DNA from: a virus
Virus record (IMG/VR): IMGVR_UViG_3300042890_005556
Strand: one strand, 5' to 3'
DNA length: 64,000 bases
In this document: piece by piece, positions 39,801-51,292 of the stretch
How positions within the stretch are numbered: the stretch's first letter is position 1
Layout of the letters: the number at the start of each line of letters is the position of its first letter
Translations under genes and position numbers: made by a program
Notes under the pieces: model-generated
Database searches by the model: none
Seen by the model: the letters and a program-made list of their open reading frames with translations, nothing else
Told to the model about the DNA's origin: nothing

Positions 39801-42800
39801 AACCTCCAGCAATCATTGTCGCTCCACCCGTATCAGGTCCGCCAATACCATTGCCCATATACAGCACCGGTTATAACGTTGCTTCAGACAGGCAGATTGC
39901 ATTCATTGGTGAGCCTGATAGTAACTGGAAAATCACCAGTTTTATTACGGGTCCAGAAACTGCTCCTACACATTATTGGAAACTAAATAATGGCTTAACT
40001 GATAGTGTGGGTGACTTACCATTTGTAGCACATCCAGCTATGAGAGTTGAACAGGGACAAAGCCGACCGCGATTCGCACGCATCGCAGATTTCACCTACG
40101 GGGTGGGTGCTGTTTGGTCGAATATACAGACGCAAACGACTCCTGAGAATGCTATTTATCCTAATAATCCTGGAGTAGTCAGTGGCAGTACTACTATAGG
40201 AAAAGGCATAGAACACGGTTTATATGCTTATGTGGCTTCACAGACCTCAAACCGAATTTTGGATTCAAATGCTTGGACGATAACTGGATGGCTAAAAATG
40301 CCTATTAAACCATATGTCGCCAATATAGACAATGCTGGCGGCATATTAGAAGAAATGGTATTTAGTATTTCCCCATTCACACCTTTGCCACTTCAGCCCC
40401 CATCAGTAACCAGTTCATATGTCTTTGGTCCTGAACTCATTGTCGGTAGTGCCCCTAGGATATCAGTTTATGTGATCTACGCTTTTAGAGACTCAACACC
40501 TGCTGAGGTGTATGGTGAAAGATTCTTTAAGAAAGCCGGCCATATTTATGTTTATTTTAAATCAACCCGCACCAGCGAACCGACTTACGCAGGAAAAGAG
40601 ACTGGGCTGAATGCAGTATTAGTAGATGAGGCTGGTGACATCATCTATAGGGATTTATTAACAGGAGACATAGCGTCTGAAGAGGGTACTACATCAAGAG
40701 CCTGTAATTTCCTTGAAATACCTGGACCAGATCTAATAAGAGCGAATGTCTGGTCATTTATATCAATAAAAAAACAAGAAGCATTTGATGACAGGCTGAT
40801 AATAAGTATAAATGGCCGAGATTACACAGCGATATTTCAGTCTGCCATCGTCACAGATGAGCTGTTAAAGAAAGTTAATTTCATCCAGGCAATGGCCCCG
40901 CTAGACGATTTAAGAACATACGACTCAGAGCTCTCAGACTTAGAATTAAAACTGATATCGCGAGTCGGTAGCGCAGAAGGCGGGGTAGTACCACGAGAAT
41001 ACAGCCCCGGTGGAGTGGTATCAGGGGTCATATCAAGCCAAGTTTTTGCTTACGACCACTTTAACCCTTCAGAAGAGATCCAGCCATACTGGTGGCCAGC
41101 CGGATATACCTCTGGTAGCACCATCGTGCCAGATCGCACAAACCTCTACCAACAATACAATGCAAGATGGGTGTCGCCACCGCCTAAGCTGGGCATTGAC
41201 GCATCACCAGTAGCAAAATCCTTCCATTACGCCACCGAATTTGATCTTACAGGTATTACTCTCAATACAGTCAAGATATCGTTTCTATGCTCTGGTGACG
41301 ATAGAATAGTTGATATAATTGTTAACGGCACGAGCACAGGCTATAACAACATCTCAGAGATCGGCGGGCTGCCAGCTACTAATACGACAGCATATGACAA
41401 CTTAAGGTACAGGAACCTATGGGACGTGAAGCTACCGACCGGTAGTGGCCATCTCTTCGTTCAAACAATTAATACGATCGATATAGTGGTAGAAAACCAA
41501 GCTATCACAGATCTTTCAGTGGCTACTAACCCAACTGGGTTATACGTGTACGTTTACGAGAAGACCGGTGTTCCATTACCCATACTGGAAGACCCAAGAG
41601 CAATCATTTTAGACATAGTCGATACTGGCCACAATAAGATATTGAATCAACCAATACCTATAGGTTCGTCAGATAGCAATTGGGTGATAGAAAAAGTAGA
41701 AAGATCAGAAACCGCTCCTTCTCACTATTGGAAGTTTAATAATAGCCTAAATGATCTTGCTCCAGCTGTTGGCTCAACACCATTACCATTTGCGCAATAC
41801 CTGGTACAGTCTACTTTTAAAGCTGGTGTGGTAGTCGGTAATGCTGGAAATCCGCAAAACACCGGGGTAGTTCAGAACGCAGTATTTCCTTTTATTCCTG
41901 GTTCACCAACTTCTGAATATGGCAAGCACATCCTTGTTATATCTGAAGGAGGTACAAATAGTAAGCTCATTAATTCATCAGTAGGCTGGACGATTACCGG
42001 CTGGATTAAAATTCCATTATACGATGGATCAATACCGTCACTCGCGGAATTAACAACAATATCTGCTATTTCTCTTGACGTCTTTGCTGCTAACACGCCT
42101 ACCATGAAGTTTAAGTTTTGTTACTTTGGTGCTGGCAATAGAAAAACAGGAGCTCTCTATTTAGACTTTACTTATGGCGAATTGGATAGTAACAGAGCTA
42201 TGACAATACCTGACCAATCCACCAACTTCATCGAGATAATACCGAATCAAGGGGCGTTCTCTCAGAACGAATGGGTTTTCTTTTCAATACGCAGAACTCC
42301 ACGGACTACCGCTCCTTCTGGAGCTATATCTGATGGCACAATAATATTAACAATCAACGGTATTGATTACACTATTAAAGAACCATATATCCCAGGAGCC
42401 AGCTCGACTTTCGACACTATGAGCTGGATTGATTTTAGTTGCCCGGCAGATGATCTAAGAATATACGGAAATAAGGTACTGTCTAACTCTGAACTTAAAT
42501 TCATTTCCAAATACGATTTCACATCAATTATACCCGGTGAAAATGACCACGCCACTGCGGAAGGTGTACCGAGAGAATACTTGAACACATACATTACCGC
42601 GCCTTCCCCCGTCTTCGCCTACGATTACGTAAACCAATACAGCCCAGCACAACCATACTGGTGGCCACAAGCAGTTCCCAACCAAGCCTCACTCTACGGA
42701 GAATACAAAGCACGATGGGTATCGCCACCATCAACCACAGGCATTAACATAAGCAGATTAGAAAACACAGGATTCCACTACTATAAAACAACATTCAACC

Positions 42801-45800
42801 TAGCGAATATCGACCTAGAAACAGTAAAAATATCATTCCTCTGCTCTGGTGACGACCAAATATCCGACATAATAGTCAACGGAAAAAGCACAGGCTACAA
42901 CAATCTATCGCAAGTAGGAGGGCTGCCAGGGAGCGACTCAGCATACCAAAATTCAAGATTCCGAAACCTATGGGATGTAAAACTGCCAGTAGGAAAAACA
43001 CACCTTTACGTTCAAACAATCAACACGCTCACCATAGTAGTACAGAATAAAAACCTAGAAGACACAATAGCAATATCAAATCCAACAGGATTATACGTGC
43101 ACTTCTACGAGAAAAAAGGAATCCCAGTCCCTGCACAGCCAATAATCGACCCAATATTATTCACAATCAGCCAACAACTATATAAAGACCCGACAGTAAT
43201 ACCAATAGACCCAGAACCAATAGTCTTGCCCAAGCCAGCACCACGCCCAGTAGACTTAACAAGATCCAGTAAATGTCTGGAACTAGCAGCCTACAGCTAC
43301 TTCGCGCTTGGACCAGTCAACACCACCAAATTAACCACATTTAACAGAGCGTCAAACATATGGGCATTCGCAACGACAAATAAGCCCAACGCCTTTGGAC
43401 AAAATAGAAACAGATATGGATTCACTACGTCAGATGCAGTATGGGTAAGGCCAACCACAGAGCCAAATACCTGCAAATACCAGCTAAATTGCAGAGACAC
43501 ACAATCAGCAACGATGGCTAAAAACAACGTAATATACCGCACAATCACAGCGCCAGCTGATACCTGGATCACAATAGGCTGGAGACAAGAAACCCCACTG
43601 CCCGGCTTCAGACTAGCCGGTGATACGGTGGGAATAAAGGTAGCCACAGTCATAAAATCAGCGGTAGGTCCTGACCACATAAAAGTGACCACAGACACGC
43701 AGACCGTATTCGGAATGCCAACAAAGCGTGTAATACCACCATGCTACACTGCGGTCGCTGAATACAATAAGACAATTGTCAGTATAGAAATCATAATCTA
43801 TTCTACAGGCATAGTTTACGAAAACTTCATAGACGACATAGTCATCGAATACGGACCAGGGTACTGCGACGAAATAAATTGCATTGATACATTCACCGGC
43901 ACTGACGCTATCCTGAAATATACCGGAATGTCTCGTGAATTGGTATCAAAAGACAGCACTGAAGCTAAACTTATCCAGTACGGCCCGACAGAACTTAACT
44001 TTGGATCACGCTACTACATTAACGCTGGTGTCACTGCATCCCAGACTATAGAGCTTGGCGGATTCCTAAATAAAAACGCCAAAGTGAGCATATCAATATC
44101 GGGGTACAGCGCTACTAAAACAAACGGCGTAACCGTAAGATTAGAGACATTTGATGAAAACATGCAACCACTCGAATTATTCACTGAAAACCTAGGAGTA
44201 ACGAATCCTGGCAGCTTCTACACGACAGATACATTCGACAATGCAAGCCAAGTAAACCTGTTAACCACCAGCAAATTCGTGCTGGGACAAGCTGCCAGAA
44301 TTATAAAAGTGCTGGTCACGTCACAGCTCAATAAGTTCTACCTTGGCTTCATTGATGTCTGTACAGACCAAGACGTGACATTTATAAAAACACCGCCAAC
44401 ACTTGATTGCAAAGGCAATGTTAATAAGCTTCGAGTGCTGCTGAATGTAAATGGTGTTCCACGTGAAGAAGTGAACATCTTCCAAGCTTTCTGCCGATAC
44501 ACGGTACTGACCAACACTACCTACAGAACACAGCAAATCGTTGAAACCACTTCGACTGCTGATGGAAGAACCGGCACAGCGCTTCCAACTAAATGCGATG
44601 ATGCAGCACTCTGCAATTATTGGAAGCAACAGGGTGTGAATGACACGGTGGATCAGTTGATTCTGACAAGGACCATCACAGATAACGACGCTGCTGTCGA
44701 CATATCAAGAATAGCATCTGGCTCTTATAACCTTCTGACAGGTATTGATAACTGGATATGGGCATCACCACTTAATAGAGGTTTTGGTCCAGACCAGTAT
44801 ATTTTGCAATTCCCAGATACACAGAATAAAGTCGCAGAAGACAATTATGTAGAATCACTTGAAATATTCCTATCTGCCAATAGAGCCCAAGTGAGCAACG
44901 CAACATGCTTGCCAGCCATAGGTTTAGCATACAAATTCGCAGATTTCATCACAGTTAGCTCTACTTCGGCAATTCTACCAATTAGCATACCAAAATTGAA
45001 TGTAGAGAATCCAACCACTCTACGATTCGACAGAGTATCACTGAATAAGATTGGAAGCATAACGACAGCTAACTATGTTCTTGCGAGAAGAACATGTAGT
45101 GATAAATTCGTCTTAACCGGAGGATTCACAGTAGAGCATCATCCAGAAAATGGCGAGTATTTCGTCATCAAAGCATACGACTGGTCTAAGTCACCAAACA
45201 CTCTGCTAGGAGTAGTTGACAGCTGCCGTAACATCCTTGATTACAGCACGCTCTTCACCTTAGGATCACTAACGACAGCCAATAATCTTGCTGCGAATGA
45301 CACCACCAGGACCGCATTCTTCTTTAAACCAACTAATAACGCTTATTCCAGCACTGGCCCGAATAACACACAATTCTTTGAGTTGTTGGTCCCACAGTCC
45401 TCACAATTCGACATATTCTCAGCCAACAACAATACTAACAGTGTGCCAGTTACATTAGTAATTGATAAAGCTAATGTCCAGAGCTATGAGATATCTGCTA
45501 CATTTACTTGGGACAATACTTCTGGTGAGATAATAACAGATCTTACGGGAGAAAGCGATTGCAAAGACCCGGCAGACGCGATATCAGTAACAATCGAATA
45601 CATCAACGCTGTTGGTGCAAAGAAGAGGTTCACCAGAGAAATACCTTTAACAGAATTGAATACCATAGAAGAGACAAATACAGAAGACTGGAACGCGCTA
45701 CGGGCATTCGGTAATGGGCTTAAAGGTGATTACGCGACATGGGCATCCACAAAGTTTGAGCTCGATAAGCCGTATGGAGGCGGGTTGGATCAATGTCTTC

Positions 45801-47674
45801 CACCGTTCATACCACCTGAATTCAGAGCCACATGTACAAACCTGTTTGGAACATTACTACAAAATAGCATCATAGGGAAATACATCCCTTTCTGTACGCC
45901 AGAAGTAATAGTAACTGAGACGACACAGGGCGTGTCACAAAATGAAATCCAATCGATCATCGTACCAATATCAACAGGCGGTTTTTATACTTTAACCTTC
46001 GACTATAACGGTTCATACTCTGTCGAAGTGCCATACAACGCTGATGCTGCCGGTCTAAGAGCAAGCCTCGCTGGCCTACCCAATATCGGCACGACGAGCA
46101 ACGTCTCTGTCAGCGGCAGCGGCTCAACCAGCGTTCCATTTATCATCGAATTCACTGGTGACCTGGCTCTAAAAGAGTTGCCACTCTTCATCGGTAACAC
46201 CGAATCACTGAGCAGCATCGCATCAGGAACTGTCATAGTACTGACGACCGGTTCTACCTCGGAACGTCAAAGAATCATAAATTCAGCGTCCACAAGATCA
46301 CCACTGATACTTTCATTTGATAGCTTCGTGACCGGAAGCATACCATACAATGCGTCTCTAAACGCATTTCAAGGAGCTCTCTCACTCATACCGTCACTCG
46401 GCTCACAAGTATCAGTTAGCGGTAACACAGTCGACAGAGATTCGGCTTTCACTGGACCATACGATGTCGATTTCACGGGTGGTCTCGCTGGCCAATCCCA
46501 ACCAGCGTTGACACCGCTAGTAGTTGGTTATAGCCAAGAGCTGCTGTGGTCCGGCGCAACAGGTGTTAACAGCAAACAGCTAATTAGAATTTCAGCGACT
46601 TCAGGGACGTTCACTATTACCATATACGACACAGTTAATGGAGCACAATTAAGCGCCACGACTGCTCCTATAAGCTACGATGCGTCTGACATCATCGTCA
46701 GCAACTACATAGCGGCGGCTGCTAACTTCATAACTGTTGCAGACATGATCGTTACAAAGCTACCCTCCACTTCAGATACCACTCTTCATGAATGGACCAT
46801 CGAATTTGTCGGAAGTTTCGCTAAAGTGCCGGTGCAAAAACTGGTCTTAAACACTGGGCTGCTGGTAAAACAGGATCAATTGTCAATCACAAGGAACCAG
46901 ACCGGTTTTAGTGTCAGTGAAAAACAAAGGCTATCATTAAAGTTCGTTACCGGTGGTTATTACTATCTGCAAGTAACCGTGGGACTAGAGACTTTAATAA
47001 CGGCAGCTATTCCATTCGACGCAACTGATGTACGATTGGAACAGGAATTGTCAGCTTTAAGCTTCTTCTCATCCGGCGACGTGGCTGTCAGAAGAACCCC
47101 TCTACAGCTTGACGAGCAGAAGGCTTATATCATTACGTTTAGAAACTCATTTGGCGACTTGCCGATGATCAGGCCAATATACGACGGTTTTCTTATTTGC
47201 GACCCAACGATTCAGATTGCTGGCCCGCCATATGATTACAAGGTGCCAATCTGCGAGACTGACCCATTGTCTCTTGCAGGATATAAAGACTTCTGTTACC
47301 CTGGACCGAATGATGGTGCTTCACCATTACCTGATTGCTGCGATCTGAGCAGAACTGGTGATAATACGATTGATGTCATTCAGTATCAACGTGAACTGTA
47401 TAATCCTGATACTCGGCTCAATGGCAAGGTGGTTACGGTTAGACAGCTTGCAGCTATGAGAAGGCTGGCGGAGCACGATTTTTCTGTGTATTCTAGGGAT
47501 TTCACTACTAGTTCCATCACGCCTATCTCTTATGATGCTGTGATTAGATCTGGGCTGAGTCTGCTGTTCGTCGAGAAGACCGTAGATACCTCCGCTGGCT
47601 TAGGCCAGATTGTGGGTCATCTATCATCATCTCAAGAGCTGCTGCCAACCAGAGTCTTATGGAATCTCAAATAA
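33875..47674 (+). CDS. Giant (4599 aa) modular virion/adhesin protein with two LamG domains and several repeat families
   Basis: Uninterrupted 13.8-kb ORF with GAGG RBS; two THYWK.NN...DDLR.Y LamG domains; Pro/Gly linkers; four C-terminal E/K.Q.I...GG.F.L.F...I.Y(N/D)A repeats. Confidence 0.85.
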   Translation: MATDPFANIGFRENFSQAYYTEIIIARNKKSIRFASSTPTVTNSYRQLMGGNLYRVAELLSITGPKQPVAIENKLQYKKDQPYSLYDQGQISDEFRIQNVDPTLSLENRESYWARVSSPLGREWAAYYAGTDAKIGYLANFIDRNLDDFTGTNFAGFVSGTLNNDNDKPNLYDTVKIGNIFGSTVQGSQTASVSVEPGMYKSFISCKVTQDTRYFDPTGAEIIQTAESGDLFADEFVLNFYIFPGYHTFYYGSWKITIEPTNTTGTHRVFIQHARYYTSAEYNMQPIVRKFSADFDWDGTLSEFNLITIKYLFTPRPQGSASTGTINIGNSTSKVSLFVNAVPVFASGSDSIWPPSYPKVYRGSSGAGLPSYTQKPYIDLKMAPDNTPVFIVWDNAVPFGITKSEFAFILITDKLVDLKGLYTHLIRFERIMPNLTIETTPNPVVPPTPPVGGITSKFYNRATYSLAPAVLMELNKILLDFMLSQPNIRISSGPLESDPILNRMLAAASTTKKYSSAIESDKNVLDLLREPVLVVDDTNSLLPYILLEYGLPNDNVGQLRVKITEIKSPNVIDEVSSEIELQGYAEYIIKTITTDSWTAGTVTLSTNFRFYVDDSGMYEPKLDPYIVNNPNQLTLNEFGQVYVESMRVTWAFPRDVNSPFVIPDSFFTRYNRVVDVVTQEVEIAKLFDTERDLLPNGLPVDLNMSNKPGTTPPIPPNPGTTPTLYYNRAEWSVQPAKEAEIEEVLKQFMISNQVITSADSRFRNILNTALLTDYRVIRTFEMSLGFGEQILDVVDTPLATSSNEVEIFYAPTDSTFVDHSKTSGVQLRARIPINDPNRNNSQIDLSSTAKFTFDIPANFDSPSGDLSEYGAGTIEIFVDFVLRQADVARPDIGSANPYIVGNNNEFILSSSYRLGALRATITADIGLGTDFIDEFDINLEPIKLDQFGAGTLVDITPFITGGVPVSINMSNAPGTVGIGVPGGTPLPPSGGSLSPSKNYTATFTLADQPFKIFEIDNLKGLLNFYSFQDTLNYTLYDLLLTPYSQKVPISRYASDVFKLALIEQGKIPGHPSDQTAGFLKAYTAYFNDQDCVLPEGSPLDPSCQALTIEYIIAPKETNKVLTLGTNLLKMGMVINLGCNGGANCVVVSGKQIPRVNGVPTAQLSYDFTMEMIVTEDTSGVTPPTSPSIIVTYNLSGPIALWGFLIGQYSLINVSRYTGGAYNKVIAYDEATMKSGTNFLVKAFGTDSPLYEAGNIAPIKLSARGKRLWGSDPDDFTNDYTQIDFFVTAYIDTRFTKTLTGSLISDLDAPNTTRAAIVYVIEPVTVPFPRFDGTIVPSKKLPTVTYTDYTNVLMTKRFPSDGGDGGDGGDGGDTTVKKYNGKWNLGPDFIRAIENTYIEFLQVPTFNWRLDNVASKGLGSYDKLLWELVSGGVNPIVNNWQTAGYPTGVGLQRPIDSRSVQYWMEDVLKYNGVGTGPTGAPVTLAYSSSFQGSNLKLTVYMNIAVRDIRLEAEKSTSVTLDISNIIGELSEGGINKTYLFANRSTSFTILVDVYEAMQTFSAPQEMMLAQTVPDSYIWQPPKYIIVNSDSLKYNDGLNDVYYFRDGYQTALRQTYSFVGTRTSQNDVIATYRHGDASSYDPETTNYDVVVGGFDLVYHKGTPNTLTLLPIEIIESKTKKKFVCFGSIREVGNILNASIKSNVVMTFITDNGSTSDTDGAYWVYDNTWKEWSHTIPINTGDELNLYCYSCLTNQVGTLETNINIITKFNVKPTPNNPPPSVDPTEIFPAEFSYDQLIQKVPALPVVYPPGFPNPSVYRFEYPKTMAVKAKSSTDTYEFFLESIDSTQRIATYKLYEFVNNELTVGGFTVEYTPHVSFKLSKVDVYSADLDRDFECFGVIHIIYDNDGALLSADTWEIIPTFEDPNDFANWYLTVVQDPLTGGNHFNTYCNDGTNFKCSANNLKFVMRIDANFKHYAPEPPAIIVAPPVSGPPIPLPIYSTGYNVASDRQIAFIGEPDSNWKITSFITGPETAPTHYWKLNNGLTDSVGDLPFVAHPAMRVEQGQSRPRFARIADFTYGVGAVWSNIQTQTTPENAIYPNNPGVVSGSTTIGKGIEHGLYAYVASQTSNRILDSNAWTITGWLKMPIKPYVANIDNAGGILEEMVFSISPFTPLPLQPPSVTSSYVFGPELIVGSAPRISVYVIYAFRDSTPAEVYGERFFKKAGHIYVYFKSTRTSEPTYAGKETGLNAVLVDEAGDIIYRDLLTGDIASEEGTTSRACNFLEIPGPDLIRANVWSFISIKKQEAFDDRLIISINGRDYTAIFQSAIVTDELLKKVNFIQAMAPLDDLRTYDSELSDLELKLISRVGSAEGGVVPREYSPGGVVSGVISSQVFAYDHFNPSEEIQPYWWPAGYTSGSTIVPDRTNLYQQYNARWVSPPPKLGIDASPVAKSFHYATEFDLTGITLNTVKISFLCSGDDRIVDIIVNGTSTGYNNISEIGGLPATNTTAYDNLRYRNLWDVKLPTGSGHLFVQTINTIDIVVENQAITDLSVATNPTGLYVYVYEKTGVPLPILEDPRAIILDIVDTGHNKILNQPIPIGSSDSNWVIEKVERSETAPSHYWKFNNSLNDLAPAVGSTPLPFAQYLVQSTFKAGVVVGNAGNPQNTGVVQNAVFPFIPGSPTSEYGKHILVISEGGTNSKLINSSVGWTITGWIKIPLYDGSIPSLAELTTISAISLDVFAANTPTMKFKFCYFGAGNRKTGALYLDFTYGELDSNRAMTIPDQSTNFIEIIPNQGAFSQNEWVFFSIRRTPRTTAPSGAISDGTIILTINGIDYTIKEPYIPGASSTFDTMSWIDFSCPADDLRIYGNKVLSNSELKFISKYDFTSIIPGENDHATAEGVPREYLNTYITAPSPVFAYDYVNQYSPAQPYWWPQAVPNQASLYGEYKARWVSPPSTTGINISRLENTGFHYYKTTFNLANIDLETVKISFLCSGDDQISDIIVNGKSTGYNNLSQVGGLPGSDSAYQNSRFRNLWDVKLPVGKTHLYVQTINTLTIVVQNKNLEDTIAISNPTGLYVHFYEKKGIPVPAQPIIDPILFTISQQLYKDPTVIPIDPEPIVLPKPAPRPVDLTRSSKCLELAAYSYFALGPVNTTKLTTFNRASNIWAFATTNKPNAFGQNRNRYGFTTSDAVWVRPTTEPNTCKYQLNCRDTQSATMAKNNVIYRTITAPADTWITIGWRQETPLPGFRLAGDTVGIKVATVIKSAVGPDHIKVTTDTQTVFGMPTKRVIPPCYTAVAEYNKTIVSIEIIIYSTGIVYENFIDDIVIEYGPGYCDEINCIDTFTGTDAILKYTGMSRELVSKDSTEAKLIQYGPTELNFGSRYYINAGVTASQTIELGGFLNKNAKVSISISGYSATKTNGVTVRLETFDENMQPLELFTENLGVTNPGSFYTTDTFDNASQVNLLTTSKFVLGQAARIIKVLVTSQLNKFYLGFIDVCTDQDVTFIKTPPTLDCKGNVNKLRVLLNVNGVPREEVNIFQAFCRYTVLTNTTYRTQQIVETTSTADGRTGTALPTKCDDAALCNYWKQQGVNDTVDQLILTRTITDNDAAVDISRIASGSYNLLTGIDNWIWASPLNRGFGPDQYILQFPDTQNKVAEDNYVESLEIFLSANRAQVSNATCLPAIGLAYKFADFITVSSTSAILPISIPKLNVENPTTLRFDRVSLNKIGSITTANYVLARRTCSDKFVLTGGFTVEHHPENGEYFVIKAYDWSKSPNTLLGVVDSCRNILDYSTLFTLGSLTTANNLAANDTTRTAFFFKPTNNAYSSTGPNNTQFFELLVPQSSQFDIFSANNNTNSVPVTLVIDKANVQSYEISATFTWDNTSGEIITDLTGESDCKDPADAISVTIEYINAVGAKKRFTREIPLTELNTIEETNTEDWNALRAFGNGLKGDYATWASTKFELDKPYGGGLDQCLPPFIPPEFRATCTNLFGTLLQNSIIGKYIPFCTPEVIVTETTQGVSQNEIQSIIVPISTGGFYTLTFDYNGSYSVEVPYNADAAGLRASLAGLPNIGTTSNVSVSGSGSTSVPFIIEFTGDLALKELPLFIGNTESLSSIASGTVIVLTTGSTSERQRIINSASTRSPLILSFDSFVTGSIPYNASLNAFQGALSLIPSLGSQVSVSGNTVDRDSAFTGPYDVDFTGGLAGQSQPALTPLVVGYSQELLWSGATGVNSKQLIRISATSGTFTITIYDTVNGAQLSATTAPISYDASDIIVSNYIAAAANFITVADMIVTKLPSTSDTTLHEWTIEFVGSFAKVPVQKLVLNTGLLVKQDQLSITRNQTGFSVSEKQRLSLKFVTGGYYYLQVTVGLETLITAAIPFDATDVRLEQELSALSFFSSGDVAVRRTPLQLDEQKAYIITFRNSFGDLPMIRPIYDGFLICDPTIQIAGPPYDYKVPICETDPLSLAGYKDFCYPGPNDGASPLPDCCDLSRTGDNTIDVIQYQRELYNPDTRLNGKVVTVRQLAAMRRLAEHDFSVYSRDFTTSSITPISYDAVIRSGLSLLFVEKTVDTSAGLGQIVGHLSSSQELLPTRVLWNLK
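37952..37987 (+). repeat. In-frame 9-bp tandem repeat (gacggcgga x4) encoding DGG linker
   Basis: Four perfect copies read directly. Confidence 0.95.
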
Positions 47675-48240
47675 TATTCGGAACGTGTAATGTCCAATAT
47701 GATGGTAGAGCTACGAGCACACTTATTGATGGGAAGTACCTCATCATCATTAAGAGTGATGGTAGCCTCATAATTCATGATAGTAAGATGCTAAAGCCTA
47801 AGAACTATATAGGCCCAAAGGCTAGAATCTCTATGGTCGGCAATCAGATTATTGCTGAGTGTAAGAAGGAGAAGATTATTATAAATCTGTTAGAAGCTGA
47901 AAGCTTGCATTTAGCTGGCTGGGAAAATAAGAATATTGAGTTGACACGAACTGAGTTTGAGTTGCGTGATAAGCTCACTGAGAATATTGAATGGTACTTG
48001 GGCGTTGTGCCGGTTAAGGTGGAGAAGGAGTTTAAGACGAAGTATGGTGTTATTGATCTTTTGGTGGTGGATGATTGTGAGGTTACGCATATTATTGAGG
48101 TGAAGAGGGATAAGGCTTCTGTTTCTGCTTGTTCTCAGCTTTATAGGTATTATCAGAATCTAGGTGCTGCTAGGGTGATGGGTTATATTGCTTCGCCTAG
48201 GATCACTGAAAGTGCTATGATGTTTTTGGAGGAGTATGGG

Positions 48241-49944
<1,704 letters not shown>

Positions 49945-49959
49945 ATTAGGAGTAAGTCC

Positions 49960-50319
49960 ATGGCAGACAGTTGGATGTTAATCAGCTACGGTAATTTTGA
50001 GAAAACTAAAAAACTATTTAGCTATGACAGGTTTGGAATCCATACCCTGCCAATATTCGAAGATGCTATGATCGCCGACGAATTTATGAAAAATTTGTCT
50101 GAGCTATACCGCAAGGAAAAGAAGTTCACGCTGAACTACTGCGAAAGTAAGAAAAAACTCATCGATATCATAGACCTAATAACCATAGTGACATACGACC
50201 TAGACCAAATAATAATAGACCCATCTTCTGCGAACGAGAGTACGCCAGAAAGATTTTCCATCGGAGAGAAAGTCTATAAGATCCAAGACTTCAAAGAATT
50301 ACTTCTTCAAAAGTCTTAA
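49960..50319 (+). CDS. Hypothetical protein
   Basis: ATG 49960 after AGGAG; the ORF-track start at 49888 overlaps the opposite gene. Confidence 0.65.
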   Translation: MADSWMLISYGNFEKTKKLFSYDRFGIHTLPIFEDAMIADEFMKNLSELYRKEKKFTLNYCESKKKLIDIIDLITIVTYDLDQIIIDPSSANESTPERFSIGEKVYKIQDFKELLLQKS

Positions 50320-50333
50320 AATCATCAGAGCAC

Positions 50334-51281
50334 TCAAAATAAGACATCGTCCTTGGCTGCTGGCCACTTTCCGTTCGCTGTGGAAAAGAAATGGCTGTTT
50401 TCGAACCATCTAACTTTGATGGTTTGATAAAAAGATGTATAGGAAATGGCAAATCCGTTCTTGTGTTGGATAATTGACGGATACGAGCCATATGAGTCAA
50501 GCCCCGCAAAATGCAAGTAATTTTTAGAACCAGTGAAGACACCGACGGAAAGGTCTTTACGTCGTATCCCAGTGGTATTGTTGTAAACGTACAGAAGACA
50601 ATTCATATAATAAAGAACAGCAATGCTGCTATTATTATTAGGAATGCTTGTGTTGCTGGACACATTACCAGCATGTAGTTTACTGTACAGATTACTAGAT
50701 TTAAAATTTCGTGTTAAAGCGTTGATCTCACCATCATACCAAATAGCCGGCTGGATCTCGCAAGATCCAAAACGCTTGGATTCAGAGTAGTCAAAGCCAT
50801 TGCCAGTGTACAGAACACACTCTCCAGAAAACTCATCATACAGCGGCAAAATCGTCTTGCCGTCGTGCGTTATTGGTGAGCACCTGCCAAGAAGATGAAG
50901 CTGACTATCTGCAATTTTAACCGGTTCAGAGCATTTTAGAGAGTCAGTATCTTCTATCTTTCTGACGAATAGATCACAGAAAGCCCATTTCATAACAGGT
51001 CTGGTAATGAACGGATGGGCCACGAACTTAGAGTACAAGATATAACAATCACCTAGCGAATCTTTATACAATACTGGATTACCAGTACCATCTTCAAATT
51101 CGACGCTGGCTTTGTCGTTTGTTAAAATTACTCTTTGATTGTCTGAGCATTCATATTCACATGTATAGAAGGCGACTAGAAGTTTATCATCTATCGAAAG
51201 CAATGTTGAGCAATGATTAAATACTTCACAGCTGTATAAGCTTGTGGTTTCACCTAAAATATACTTTAGAGATTTTCTCAT
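50334..51281 (-). CDS. BNR/sialidase-like beta-propeller
   Basis: HCSTLL...LLVAFY..E, GNPVLY, ILPLYDE, IQPAI, IPNNNSSI, R..LSV, SYPSIIQ...ISYT follow the exo-alpha-sialidase (BNR_2) pattern. Confidence 0.7.
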   Translation of the reverse strand: MRKSLKYILGETTSLYSCEVFNHCSTLLSIDDKLLVAFYTCEYECSDNQRVILTNDKASVEFEDGTGNPVLYKDSLGDCYILYSKFVAHPFITRPVMKWAFCDLFVRKIEDTDSLKCSEPVKIADSQLHLLGRCSPITHDGKTILPLYDEFSGECVLYTGNGFDYSESKRFGSCEIQPAIWYDGEINALTRNFKSSNLYSKLHAGNVSSNTSIPNNNSSIAVLYYMNCLLYVYNNTTGIRRKDLSVGVFTGSKNYLHFAGLDSYGSYPSIIQHKNGFAISYTSFYQTIKVRWFENSHFFSTANGKWPAAKDDVLF

Positions 51282-51292
51282 AGGATTGAACC

